NCBI GenBank assembly: GCA_944324385.1
Contig: CALUWD010000010.1
Coordinates: forward strand, 1,679 to 65,678
Origin: Candidatus Gastranaerophilales bacterium
Lineage (GTDB): Bacteria; Cyanobacteriota; Vampirovibrionia; Gastranaerophilales; Gastranaerophilaceae
Direction of reading: 5' to 3'
DNA: 64,000 nucleotides
Below the pieces are notes generated by a model. That model was given only the letters and a program-made list of their open reading frames with translations. It had not been told where the DNA came from and did not search any database. Every line of letters begins with the position of its first letter. Position 1 is the stretch's first letter. Below, piece by piece: positions 27,587 through 37,706 of the stretch. A program made the position numbers and the translations under genes.

Positions 27587-29092
27587 CTAGTGTCTAAAGT
27601 GTCTAATTCCAGTCGTTGCCATAACAAGACCCATCTTATCTGCTGTATCGATGACTTCTTTATCCTTGATTGAGCCTGCAGGCTGAATAATAGCTGCAAT
27701 TCTATTTTGCGCAGCTAAATGAATATTATCTATTGCAGGGAAAAACCCGTCGCTTGCTAAAACTGCATCCTTTGGAGAATCGCAAACTCTATTAATTGCA
27801 ATTTCGACAGCACCTACTCTACTTGTTTGACCACCACAAATACCAAGAGTCCTTAAATCTTTAGCAACAACAATGCCATTTGATTTAACATGTTTTGCAA
27901 CCTTAAAAGCAAAAACCATATCCTCAATCTGTTCTTGTGTGGGTTTTTGTTTTGTAACAATTTTAAATTTATCAGGGTCAAGTTCTTGAGTATCTTTTTC
28001 CTGCACAAGTGCACCAAAAGGCGTGAGCTTAAGCTCTTGCGATACAAAATTTGAAATTTGTTCATACGGTGTATTAATTTTTATAACCCTCAAATTTTTC
28101 TTTGTTTTTAGGATTTCAAGTGCGCCAACAGTATAAGATGGTGCAATGACAATTTCTAAAAACATTGATGTTAAATGTTTAGCAACAGTATCGTCTACTT
28201 CTTTTGTAAAGGCAACTATTCCACCAAAAGCACTCAGGGGGTCGCAATCCAGAGCTTTTTTCCAAGCATCCTCTATACTTTTTCCTAATGCTACCCCACA
28301 AGGGTTAGTGTGTTTGACAATTGTGCAGCAATTTACATCAAAAAACTCTGCAGCTATACTAAGTGCAGCAGTTGCATCCAGTATATTGTTATAAGACATT
28401 TCTTTACCATTTAAAATTTCATAGTCAAGCTGCATGTCATACGAGTACAAAGCAGCTTTTTGATGAGGGTTTTCACCATATCTTAAATCTGAAATCTTGT
28501 CCAAATAAATTGCTTTAGATTCATTCAAGGACTCGTTATCATTCAATCCAAAATTGTAAGACAACTCTTCAAATATTGTAAAATCATATTTAGAAGTTTT
28601 TTCAAATACCTTAAGTGCAAGTTTTTGTCTTGTAATTTCATCAACATTATCAAAATCAAGAGTATAATCGCAAATATCACATACAACAGTAACATTTTTA
28701 TAATTTTTTGCACCTGCGCGAAGAAGTGCAACACCACCTATGTCAATGTTTTTAGTTAGGGTATCAATGTCGGCATTCACACCCCTATACATCTCAAATG
28801 GGTACAAATTAACAATTACCAAGGAAAATGGCATATCACCAAGCGAATGTATTTCATCTTCATTTGCCAATATTGAAGCAAATATTTTTGGATGCAAAGA
28901 CTTCACTTTACCACCCAAAAGCTCACTAAAACCAGTAATAGTTGAACTTTCAGTCGCATTTATACCATTATCATTTAAAACTTTGCATGTATTACCTGTT
29001 GAGACAATTTCCCAATCAGCATCAATAAGCCTTTTTGCAAGCTCAACAATAGCTGTTTTATCAAATACACTTATATATGCTCTCTTTTTCAT
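27587..29092 (-). CDS. purH: Bifunctional AICAR transformylase / IMP cyclohydrolase
   Basis: An MGS-like N-terminal domain (ISVFDKT...STGNT) is followed by an AICARFT domain ending in RHFRH. The ATG at 29092 has a GAGGA RBS 5 nt upstream, whereas the track start at 29107 is a TTG. Confidence 0.95.
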   Translation of the reverse strand: MKKRAYISVFDKTAIVELAKRLIDADWEIVSTGNTCKVLNDNGINATESSTITGFSELLGGKVKSLHPKIFASILANEDEIHSLGDMPFSLVIVNLYPFEMYRGVNADIDTLTKNIDIGGVALLRAGAKNYKNVTVVCDICDYTLDFDNVDEITRQKLALKVFEKTSKYDFTIFEELSYNFGLNDNESLNESKAIYLDKISDLRYGENPHQKAALYSYDMQLDYEILNGKEMSYNNILDATAALSIAAEFFDVNCCTIVKHTNPCGVALGKSIEDAWKKALDCDPLSAFGGIVAFTKEVDDTVAKHLTSMFLEIVIAPSYTVGALEILKTKKNLRVIKINTPYEQISNFVSQELKLTPFGALVQEKDTQELDPDKFKIVTKQKPTQEQIEDMVFAFKVAKHVKSNGIVVAKDLRTLGICGGQTSRVGAVEIAINRVCDSPKDAVLASDGFFPAIDNIHLAAQNRIAAIIQPAGSIKDKEVIDTADKMGLVMATTGIRHFRH

Positions 29093-29152
29093 AAAATCCT
29101 CTCGCAAATCTACCAGAGAATTTTAACACAAGCATTTATTAATTTCAGCAAC

Positions 29153-30181
29153 TTAAAAGGGTAATTTATTAAAATCACCATCTTTGTTCATGGCAATAAC
29201 TTCGCTTTCTATATTTGCACCTCTGATAAAATCAAAGTTTTCAGGTAATTTAATATTTTCATTATAAGTTACAGGTTCAATAGAAATTACTCCAGGGCAA
29301 ATATCTTTAGTATTCTGTACCACACCATCAAATGTATGAAATAAACCGCTCTTTGCAGTATAATTTTTGCTGGAACTACTAAGTTTTAAACCAGACAAGT
29401 ACAAAAGCGTAGAAAATTCCGCGTCTGAATCTTTATCCTTTTGAAAACTTATAACATACTGGCAATTTTTAGGTTTTAATCCTTGTTTACCAACAATGTT
29501 TTTATAAAATATTAAATTTGTTTTATTGTCATATAAACTATCAAAGCATACGAATGAATCTTCAATGGCAGGTTTATCCAGCTGTTTTTCCACATGAGTG
29601 TATTTAAAACGAAATTCATCTGCAAATATTTTCTCTGTTACACTTGTGCCAACAGAATTTTTTGAAGTCTTTTCGAAGGAAGTAAGTTTGTAATCAGGAC
29701 TTGCATAAATTATTTCATCATTTACATAATCATGGATTTTAATACTTCCATCATCAAAAACCTTTGTTTTGCGCACCTTGTTGCCATTTTCGTACTCTTT
29801 CATTGATGTTATATTTTTTCCATCATGTTTGAAAGATCTTACAATATTACCATTTATATCATGATAAGTTAAAAAACCTGATCGTTTAGTTCTTTTTATT
29901 TTATCTACAACATCATCAATTTGCGCCTGGGCATCATTTAATAACAAAAAAGCGTGCTGGCTTGCTTCTTTAACTTCACGTTGGGCTTCTACCTCAGCAA
30001 CAATGGCCTTTGCCCCTTTTACATACAATGGCTCATACATAAAGACAGAAGTAAATGGAATATCCAAATAGGAAACAACAGAACTATTTGTATTACCTGA
30101 ATTATTATTTATTTTTTTATGATTAATATTACTTGATACGCCTAAATTTCTTCCATATAGACCAACTGGAGCAATTTTCAT
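29153..30181 (-). CDS. Hypothetical 342 aa protein with an N/S-rich N-terminus and repeat-like beta-hairpin segments
   Basis: It is a long ORF with an AAAGG RBS. I recognise no family with confidence. The segment YHDINGNIVRSFKHDGKNITSMKEYENGNKVRKTKVFDDGSIKIHDY looks YwqK/MORN-repeat-like. Confidence 0.55.
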   Translation of the reverse strand: MKIAPVGLYGRNLGVSSNINHKKINNNSGNTNSSVVSYLDIPFTSVFMYEPLYVKGAKAIVAEVEAQREVKEASQHAFLLLNDAQAQIDDVVDKIKRTKRSGFLTYHDINGNIVRSFKHDGKNITSMKEYENGNKVRKTKVFDDGSIKIHDYVNDEIIYASPDYKLTSFEKTSKNSVGTSVTEKIFADEFRFKYTHVEKQLDKPAIEDSFVCFDSLYDNKTNLIFYKNIVGKQGLKPKNCQYVISFQKDKDSDAEFSTLLYLSGLKLSSSSKNYTAKSGLFHTFDGVVQNTKDICPGVISIEPVTYNENIKLPENFDFIRGANIESEVIAMNKDGDFNKLPF

Positions 30182-30249
30182 AGCTTAATACCTTTTTGAC
30201 TAATATACGCATAACTATAATAATCAAAAAGATATTTTTTTGCAAAAAA

Positions 30250-30474
30250 TTAGCCACCACCACAAAAAGTTGCTATTTCAAGAACATCACCATCAGACAA
30301 ATATTCGCTATCAAAGTTTTCTTTATAGATAATTTCTTTATTTTTTTCTACAACAAAAAACTTTGGCAAATCCATTTGCGCAAGCAAAGTTGACACAGAA
30401 ATGTTATCAGAAATTTCTTTTTGTATACCATTAAGAATTATGCGAGCCATAACCGTACCAATCACAAATACCAT
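30250..30474 (-). CDS. thiS: ThiS/MoaD-type ubiquitin-like sulfur carrier
   Basis: The core of about 66 aa (MARIILNG...DGDVLEIATFCGGG) ends in a Gly-Gly terminus. An alternative start lies at 30450. The gene overlaps the surE 3' end. Confidence 0.7.
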   Translation of the reverse strand: MVFVIGTVMARIILNGIQKEISDNISVSTLLAQMDLPKFFVVEKNKEIIYKENFDSEYLSDGDVLEIATFCGGG

Positions 30475-31243
30475 CTTTACAGAATTCTTTTTCTAAATCA
30501 GCCATAATACTTTTGTGAGTCATCTCAAAAGTAACAGGAGTTATAGAAATCCTATTTGCACGAACAGCACTAATATCTGTACCATCTTCCTCGTGTTTTG
30601 TGGTTAATTCACCAGCCATCCAATAATATACCTTACCCCTTGGGTCAATACGTTTTTCATAATTATCAGTAAACATTTTTGTACCCAATTTAGTAATTTC
30701 AACGCCTGCAATATCTTCTTCTTCAAGCGCTGGGGTATTAATATTTAAAATAGTTTTCTTTGGGAAACTGATTTTTTGTATCTTTGGTAAGAATTTTGCA
30801 ACAAAGTCAGCAGTAACATCAAAATATAGCTGTTCATTTGTCATACTTGCAAGAGAAACCGCAATACTTGGATAATCAAGCATAGCGCCTTCCATAGCAC
30901 AGCTTACAGTACCTGAATATAAAATATCAGTACCCAAATTTGGTCCATGGTTAATGCCTGAAATTATAATATTTGGTAATTCACCTTGTTCCAATACAGC
31001 GCAAATTCCAAGCTTGATACAGTCCCCAGGAGTTCCTGAAGTTACCCATACTCTTTTTGCACCATACTGAGGTTCAAGTTCTTCAACTCTTAAGGGTGTA
31101 TGCAAGGTTAGAGAATGTCCAGCAGCGCTCCTTTCCCTGTCTGGTGCTACAACATAAACATCATGCTCTTTAGACAGCCTTGTTATCAGGGCTTTTATAC
31201 CTGTTGCTGCGATTCCATCATCATTTGAAATTAAAATTCTCAT
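30431..31243 (-). CDS. surE: 5'/3'-nucleotidase SurE
   Basis: The N-terminus MRILISNDDGI and the GINHGPN motif are present. Confidence 0.92.
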   Translation of the reverse strand: MRILISNDDGIAATGIKALITRLSKEHDVYVVAPDRERSAAGHSLTLHTPLRVEELEPQYGAKRVWVTSGTPGDCIKLGICAVLEQGELPNIIISGINHGPNLGTDILYSGTVSCAMEGAMLDYPSIAVSLASMTNEQLYFDVTADFVAKFLPKIQKISFPKKTILNINTPALEEEDIAGVEITKLGTKMFTDNYEKRIDPRGKVYYWMAGELTTKHEEDGTDISAVRANRISITPVTFEMTHKSIMADLEKEFCKDGICDWYGYGSHNS

Positions 31244-31355
31244 AAATCCACCTAGAATAAGCTGCTGATAAAACTAATTATACCACATTTTTTTACTAAT
31301 TTGCCAAAATTAGAATAAGATTATAAAATTTTATAAGATGGATTAAGGGAAATCT

Positions 31356-32273
31356 ATGCAAAAAGCGTATAATGCATTTAGTGAATACCTAAAAGAACAA
31401 TTTGGTCAAAAGGTTTATAAAATAACTATTGATGCTGGATTTTCCTGCCCAAACCGCGACGGAACAATATCTAATGGCGGATGCATTTTTTGCGATGAGT
31501 CAGGAAGTTTTTCAAAAGCCCACTCAAGCGAGCTTGATATACAAAATCAAGTTAAAACAGGGATAAAAACTCTTAGTGAACGCTTTGGTGCACAGAAATT
31601 TCTTGCCTATTTTCAAGCATACACGAACACTTACGCACCTGTTGAAAAACTTAAAAATATATATGACGCCGCTTTTTGCGATGAAAGAGTTCTTGGCATT
31701 TCAATAGGGACACGCCCAGACTGCATTGATGAAAAAAAGCTGGATTTAATTTCCACATACAAAAACCCATGGCTAGAATTGGGCTTACAGAGCACGCACA
31801 ATGAAACACTTAAAAAAATTAACCGCGGGCACAACTACGAGTGCTTTTTAAAGGCATACAAACTTGCAAAAGAAAGAAATATAAATGTTTGTGTTCATAT
31901 GGTTTTAGGGCTCGATGGTGAAACAAGAGAAATGACGCTAGAAAGCGCTAGAAGACTTGCCGCACTTAAAATAGATGGCATAAAGCTTCACATGCTGACA
32001 GTGCTTGAAGATGCGCCGCTTGCAAAAATATATAAAGAAAAACCTTTTCAATTACTTACTATGCAAGAATATTGCGAAATTGTATGCGATTTTTTAGAGC
32101 TTTTGCCACCTGAAACAACTATTCACAGGCTTGCGGGCAGTGGTTACTCAAAAACACTTATTGCGCCAAAATGGGTAAATAACAAATTTGAAACGCTTAA
32201 TTTAATTGATAAAATTTTTGAAAAACGAGAAACAAAACAAGGGTGTAAATACTATCTGGAGTGCGCCAATTAA
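31356..32273 (+). CDS. TIGR01212-family radical SAM protein
   Basis: The signature is DAGFSCPNRDG...GGCIFCDE. The size is about 305 aa. Confidence 0.88.
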   Translation: MQKAYNAFSEYLKEQFGQKVYKITIDAGFSCPNRDGTISNGGCIFCDESGSFSKAHSSELDIQNQVKTGIKTLSERFGAQKFLAYFQAYTNTYAPVEKLKNIYDAAFCDERVLGISIGTRPDCIDEKKLDLISTYKNPWLELGLQSTHNETLKKINRGHNYECFLKAYKLAKERNINVCVHMVLGLDGETREMTLESARRLAALKIDGIKLHMLTVLEDAPLAKIYKEKPFQLLTMQEYCEIVCDFLELLPPETTIHRLAGSGYSKTLIAPKWVNNKFETLNLIDKIFEKRETKQGCKYYLECAN

Positions 32274-32284
32274 GATACGAAAAA

Positions 32285-32316
32285 TAAAAAAGAGCCTAGC
32301 GCACAGGCTCTTTTTT
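32285..32316. terminator. Bidirectional rho-independent terminator between the rSAM gene and secA
   Basis: AAAAAA-AGAGCCT-agcgcac-AGGCTCT-TTTTTT. An A-run and a T-run flank a 7 bp stem. Confidence 0.75.
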
Positions 32317-32335
32317 ATTAAAATTTATAAAAAAC

Positions 32336-35164
32336 TTATACCTTACCCTTACCGCAGCATTTTTTGTATTTTAGACCGCTACCACAGGGGCAAAGGTCAT
32401 TTCTGCCTACTTTTGGCATATCTTCCTGCGGCTGCTCATCCACATAGTTTGGGGTTGAATTTTTAAGCGCGCGAGTGAGCTCTGTTTCCCGCTCTATTTC
32501 ACCATCCATGAATGGAATATCCTCAAGAGCATTTTGGTTTTCATCGATAATTTGAATACCAAAACGAGCCCTAAACAAGTGTCTTACCGTTTCCGATTGG
32601 ATATCCGACATCATTGCGTTAAATAAATTGAACGCTTCTTTTTTATACTCAATAAGAGGATCTTTTTGCCCGTAAGCTACAAGTCCGATAGAATCCTTAA
32701 GTGCGTCAATATTATTTAAATGGTCAATCCATTTTGAATCAATAACCTGTAAAAGAATATCACGCTCCAGCGTTCTCATAACATTATTATCAGAAAATGC
32801 CTCTTGTTTTGGGGTATCGGGCGAACCATAACGTGCCATAACATCGTTAAAACCTTCAACAGATGTTTCTTCCATTGTTTTATATGCTTGATTAACAAGG
32901 TTTTTAAGATAATCAGACATTTCCTGATATCTTTTTTCCATTAAATCTTCCAGAGTAACATCACTCAATTGAGGGAATACTGAATGAATTTCATTTGTTA
33001 GCATTTTAATGTCATCTTTAACATACTCTGCAGGTGGCATATCAGGTGATATATACTGTTTTAAGATTTTATCCACTTCAAGGTTAATCATATAATCAAT
33101 ATCAGATTTTAAGCTCTTTGAAGCAAGGACCTTGTGCCTTTGAATATAAAATTTCTCTCTTTGAATGTTGATAACATCATCGTATTCAAGAACACTTTTT
33201 CTTATATCAAAATGGTAAGTCTCAACTTTCTTTTGAGCTGATTCGATTTGACGGGTAATAAGAGGGTTTTCAATCGCCATATCTTCTTCAATATTAAGCA
33301 TATTCATAAGAGCAGATATTTTATCCCCACCAAAAATTCTCATTAAATCATCTTCCAATGACAAGAAAAATTTAGTAGACCCGGGATCGCCTTGGCGGGC
33401 TGCACGACCTCTTAATTGGTTATCAATACGCCTTGACTCATGTCGCTCTGTACCAATTACGTGCAAACCACCAAGCGACACAACTTTAGCGTGTTCTTCT
33501 TCAGTTATTTTTCTTGCTCTTGCAAGTGCAGCCTCTTTTTGGGCTTCATAATCAGGCGAATCAGCAGTTACACCCATTTTATCCAATTCTTCTTTTGCAA
33601 GATACTCAGGATTACCGCCAAGCAAAATATCTGTACCGCGACCTGCCATATTCGTTGCAATTGTAACGGCATTTACTCTGCCTGCCTGCGCAATAATATA
33701 AGCTTCGCGCTCATGGGCTTTTGCATTTAAGACATTGTGCTTAATGCCACGTCTTTTTAAAATTGCAGATAAATACTCAGATTTTTCAATACTTATTGTA
33801 CCAACAAGAGTTGGCCTGCCCATTTTTGCCATTTTCTCTATTTCATCGGCAACTTTTTGATATTTCATTTCCTTTGTTTTATAAATTACATCAGGATAAT
33901 TAATTCTAATATCAGGCTTATTTGTTGGAATTTCTGTACATGGAAGATTATAAATCTTGCCAAACTCAGCTTCTTCTGTCATTGCAGTACCTGTCATGCC
34001 TGAAAGCTTAGGATAAAGTCTAAATAAATTTTGGAAAGTAATGCTTGCTAAAGTCTGCGTTTCGTCTTGAATGGGTACACCCTCTTTTGCCTCAATTGCT
34101 TGGTGTAAGCCTTCGCTCCAGCGTCTGCCTTCCATAATACGGCCTGTAAACTCATCAACAATCATTACTTCGTTATTTTTTACAACGTAATCAGTGTCTT
34201 TAATAAAAAGCTCTTTAGCTTTCAGTGCTTGCAAAAGATGGTGGGCGTATTGAGTTTGCATATCAAACAAATCAGTTACACCTAAAAGCTCACATGCCTT
34301 ATCTATACCATCTTCAGTTAGAATAATATTTTTATTTTTTTCATCTACTTCATAATGTTCAACTTTATTCAATTGTGGTGCAATTTGTGCCATCAATTTG
34401 TACGTTTGAGCCGATTTTTCAAGTCGACCCGAAATAATTAAGGGTGTTCTTGCCTCATCAATTAAAATACTGTCAACTTCATCAATAATTGCATAGTTAT
34501 ATGGTCTTTGAACAAGCGCGTCAAGAGAAGACGACATATTGTCACGCAAATAATCAAAACCAAACTCATTATTTGTACCATAGGTTATATCGCAAGCATA
34601 AGCAGCTTTTTTAGACTCAAAATCATTATGCCCAGAACCTTGAGAGAGTATAACACCGACAGACAAACCCAAAAATTCATAGATTTTGCCCATCCAGTCC
34701 CTATCACGTTTTGCAAGGTAATCGTTAACCGTAATTATATGTACACCCTTGCCAGTAAGCGCATTTAAATAAGCAGGCAAAGTTGCAACAAGGGTTTTAC
34801 CTTCACCTGTTCTCATTTGTGCAATATGACCGTTATGCAAAAATATACCGCCAATTAACTGCACATCAAAGTGGCGCATATTTAAAACTCTTTTTCCTGC
34901 TTCACGAACAGTTGCAAAAGCTTCAGGTAAAATTGAATCCAGTGCAGCTTTTTCCAGTTCTCTATCTTTTTTAAAATCACTTGAAGTTTCACGCTTGGAT
35001 AAAATTTCTTTAAATTCAGCAGTTTTAGCTTTCAGTTCATCGTCAGTAAGTTTAGAAAATTCCTCCTCAAGAGCGTTTATATGCTCGACAATTGGCATGA
35101 TTTTATTTATTTTACGCTCATTTGGATCTTTAAAAATTTTTAAAAGAATATCAACTAAACTCAT
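32336..35164 (-). CDS. secA: Preprotein translocase ATPase SecA
   Basis: It is a full-length SecA with DEAD-like motifs (MRTGEGKT, DEVDSILIDEARTPLII). The C-terminal zinc motif is CPCGSGLKYKKCCG. The ATG at 35164 (MSLVDILLKIF) has an AGGAG RBS. Confidence 0.95.
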   Translation of the reverse strand: MSLVDILLKIFKDPNERKINKIMPIVEHINALEEEFSKLTDDELKAKTAEFKEILSKRETSSDFKKDRELEKAALDSILPEAFATVREAGKRVLNMRHFDVQLIGGIFLHNGHIAQMRTGEGKTLVATLPAYLNALTGKGVHIITVNDYLAKRDRDWMGKIYEFLGLSVGVILSQGSGHNDFESKKAAYACDITYGTNNEFGFDYLRDNMSSSLDALVQRPYNYAIIDEVDSILIDEARTPLIISGRLEKSAQTYKLMAQIAPQLNKVEHYEVDEKNKNIILTEDGIDKACELLGVTDLFDMQTQYAHHLLQALKAKELFIKDTDYVVKNNEVMIVDEFTGRIMEGRRWSEGLHQAIEAKEGVPIQDETQTLASITFQNLFRLYPKLSGMTGTAMTEEAEFGKIYNLPCTEIPTNKPDIRINYPDVIYKTKEMKYQKVADEIEKMAKMGRPTLVGTISIEKSEYLSAILKRRGIKHNVLNAKAHEREAYIIAQAGRVNAVTIATNMAGRGTDILLGGNPEYLAKEELDKMGVTADSPDYEAQKEAALARARKITEEEHAKVVSLGGLHVIGTERHESRRIDNQLRGRAARQGDPGSTKFFLSLEDDLMRIFGGDKISALMNMLNIEEDMAIENPLITRQIESAQKKVETYHFDIRKSVLEYDDVINIQREKFYIQRHKVLASKSLKSDIDYMINLEVDKILKQYISPDMPPAEYVKDDIKMLTNEIHSVFPQLSDVTLEDLMEKRYQEMSDYLKNLVNQAYKTMEETSVEGFNDVMARYGSPDTPKQEAFSDNNVMRTLERDILLQVIDSKWIDHLNNIDALKDSIGLVAYGQKDPLIEYKKEAFNLFNAMMSDIQSETVRHLFRARFGIQIIDENQNALEDIPFMDGEIERETELTRALKNSTPNYVDEQPQEDMPKVGRNDLCPCGSGLKYKKCCGKGKV

Positions 35165-35233
35165 TAAACTCTCCTGAATTTCTCCCTTTAAATTTATACT
35201 ATCACAAAAATACAAAAAAAATTTATTGTGCCT

Positions 35234-35261
35234 TTGACTAATAATTTTTATTCGATAGAAT
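35234..35261 (+). promoter_or_regulatory. Putative sigma70-type promoter for the permease-ruvB unit
   Basis: TTGACT (35234-35239), a 16 nt spacer, then TAGAAT (35256-35261). It lies 34 nt upstream of the start codon. This is a pattern match only, in an AT-rich background. Confidence 0.35.
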
Positions 35262-35294
35262 AAGCTTAGTTATTATTTTGGAGAGGAGAATATT

Positions 35295-36614
35295 TTGGAA
35301 CATTTACATGCTCTAACAGGTCAAAATGCTGTAATAATATCAGCTTCCATTTTAATTGTAGCTTATATCTTTATAGCATGGGAAAAAATATCAAAAGTAA
35401 CTATTGCACTTTTAGGCGCATGTCTTACTTTATTTTTAGGACTTTTACAAACTGAAAAAAACCCTCAGGCACTAGGGGAATACTTCACAAACTTTATTGA
35501 TTTTAACGTAATATTCCTTTTGGTTTCAATGATGATTATTGTTCACATTGCAGCTAAATCAGGCATGTTTACTTGGATGGCAAACGAAATTTTAAAACAT
35601 ACAAAAGGTAAACCAAAACTGGTACTTTTTTCTTTAGCTACATTTACAGCTATTGCAAGTGCATTTTTAGACAACGTAACAACAGTAATTTTAGTTATGC
35701 CAATTACATTTGCAGCTTGCAAAAAACTAGACTTAAATCCTGTACCATTTTTAATTACAGAAATTATTTGTTCTAACATTGGTGGTACAGCAACACTTAT
35801 TGGCGACCCGCCAAACATTATCATAGGTTCGGCTGCAGGCTTTAGCTTTATGGACTTTATAAAAGAATTAACAGATATTGTAGCCTACATTTTCCTTGTA
35901 TGCACAGGTCTTTTAATCTTTATGTTCAGAAAGCAATTAAAAAGTACGCCTGAAAAAATGGCATCTGTTGCAGATATTGATAATTCAAATACAATTACAG
36001 ATAAACTTCTTGCTTGGAGATCCGGTGTTGTATTGTTACTTGTAATCCTTGGCTTTATGGCACATGACATTACACACATTCCAACATTTTTAATTGCAAT
36101 GATTGGTGCAAGTATTCTTTTAATATTTGAAAAACCTGCAAAAATCCTTGTTGAAGTAGAATGGAATACAATTTTCTTCTTCATTGGTTTATTCATAATA
36201 ATCGGCGGACTTGAAGCTTCAGGTGGTATAAAACTAATGGCAAACTGGTTGCTTGAAGTAACAAACGGTTCTCAAAGCGCAACAGCAATGATTATACTTT
36301 GGGCATCAGGTATTTTATCGGGTATTATTGATAATATCCCGTACACCGCAACAATGGCGCCAATGCTGGCTACAATATCTCAAACAATGGGACATGAATA
36401 CGCTCATCCGCTATGGTGGTGTCTATCATTAGGTGCTTGTTTAGGCGGAAACTTAACAATAATTGGCGCTGCAGCAAACGTTATTGTTAGTGAAAACTCT
36501 GCAAAACATGGTCATCCAATCTCATTTATGTACTACCTAAAATATGGTGCACTAACAACCATGGTAGCATTATTAATGAGCACAGCTTATATTTACTTAA
36601 GATTTTTAAGATAG
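35295..36614 (+). CDS. ArsB/NhaD-superfamily (YbiR/CitMHS-like) anion permease
   Basis: It is polytopic, with motifs FLDNVTTV, GGTATLIGDPPN and IIDNIPYTA. A TTG start is preceded by GGAGAGGAG. Confidence 0.75.
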   Translation: MEHLHALTGQNAVIISASILIVAYIFIAWEKISKVTIALLGACLTLFLGLLQTEKNPQALGEYFTNFIDFNVIFLLVSMMIIVHIAAKSGMFTWMANEILKHTKGKPKLVLFSLATFTAIASAFLDNVTTVILVMPITFAACKKLDLNPVPFLITEIICSNIGGTATLIGDPPNIIIGSAAGFSFMDFIKELTDIVAYIFLVCTGLLIFMFRKQLKSTPEKMASVADIDNSNTITDKLLAWRSGVVLLLVILGFMAHDITHIPTFLIAMIGASILLIFEKPAKILVEVEWNTIFFFIGLFIIIGGLEASGGIKLMANWLLEVTNGSQSATAMIILWASGILSGIIDNIPYTATMAPMLATISQTMGHEYAHPLWWCLSLGACLGGNLTIIGAAANVIVSENSAKHGHPISFMYYLKYGALTTMVALLMSTAYIYLRFLR

Positions 36615-37706
36615 ATGATAATATCAGACGATAACAACAAAAATAATAATCACAAAGGCGCATCAAACGGTGCGCCTAAGTGCAAATCTCAAGATTTAGA
36701 AGCAAAAGAATTAGAATTTGACAAAACTTATGAAAAAAACATACGTCCAAAAACGTTTGATGAGTATATAGGACAAAGTGCACTCAAAGAAACATTAAAA
36801 ATAACAATTGAAGCAAGCAAAAAAAGAAACATACCGCTTGATCACCTTTTATTCTACGGACCTCCAGGGTTGGGCAAAACAACTCTTGCTGGAGTTATTG
36901 CAAATGAAATTGGCGTAAATATAAAAATTACATCAGCACCATCACTTGAGAGACCACGCGATATTATAGGTATTTTAATGTCTCTAAAGGGTGGCGAAAT
37001 ACTTTTTATTGACGAAATTCACAGGTTAAATAAAGTAGCGGAAGAAATTTTGTACCCTGCTATGGAAGATTTTTTTATTGACCTTACAACAGGAAAAAGT
37101 CAAAGTGTAAAAACTATGCGCGTACCTGTGCCTAAATTTACACTCATTGGTGCAACAACAAAAGCAGGAGCACTGTCAGGCCCATTGCGTGACAGATTTG
37201 GAATTATTCACAGGTTGGAATTTTATACAATAGAAGAACTTGCACAAGTAATAAAAAGAAGTGCAAAAATTTTAAACATAAAAATTGATGATAGTGGTGC
37301 AAAAGAAATAGCTTCTCGCTCAAGAGCAACTCCAAGAATTGCAAACAGGTTAATAAAAAGAACCGCAGACTACGCTCTTGTAAAATATGACAGCGAAATT
37401 ACCCAAAAAATAGCCAAAGAAGCACTCGATTCGCTATGTATCGATAATTTAGGGCTTGATAATACAGATAGAGCACTCTTAGAGCTAATCATTAAAAACT
37501 ATGATGGCGGCCCTGTGGGTGTTGAAACACTTTCTGTTGCACTTGGTGAAGACGTCAGAACAATAGAGGACGTTTACGAACCGTTTTTACTACAAAAAGG
37601 CTTGCTCGCACGAACAAACCGAGGGCGCAGAGCAACAAAACTTGCTTATCAACATCTTGGCATAAAATACTTAGAGCAAAACGGACAAATAGGACTTTTT
37701 GATTAA
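36615..37706 (+). CDS. ruvB: Holliday junction branch-migration helicase RuvB
   Basis: [30 protein letters not shown] and [17 protein letters not shown] motifs are present. Confidence 0.95.
   Translation: MIISDDNNKNNNHKGASNGAPKCKSQDLEAKELEFDKTYEKNIRPKTFDEYIGQSALKETLKITIEASKKRNIPLDHLLFYGPPGLGKTTLAGVIANEIGVNIKITSAPSLERPRDIIGILMSLKGGEILFIDEIHRLNKVAEEILYPAMEDFFIDLTTGKSQSVKTMRVPVPKFTLIGATTKAGALSGPLRDRFGIIHRLEFYTIEELAQVIKRSAKILNIKIDDSGAKEIASRSRATPRIANRLIKRTADYALVKYDSEITQKIAKEALDSLCIDNLGLDNTDRALLELIIKNYDGGPVGVETLSVALGEDVRTIEDVYEPFLLQKGLLARTNRGRRATKLAYQHLGIKYLEQNGQIGLFD

Noticed and set aside
30196-30393. A 65 aa plus-strand ORF opposite thiS.
   Set aside because: It has a low-complexity I/F/K-rich translation typical of AT-rich antisense sequence, and it overlaps a recognisable ThiS gene.
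32206-32466. An 86 aa plus-strand ORF running from the rSAM gene's 3' end across the terminator into secA.
   Set aside because: It crosses a strong bidirectional terminator and overlaps two well-supported genes. It is a chance ORF.
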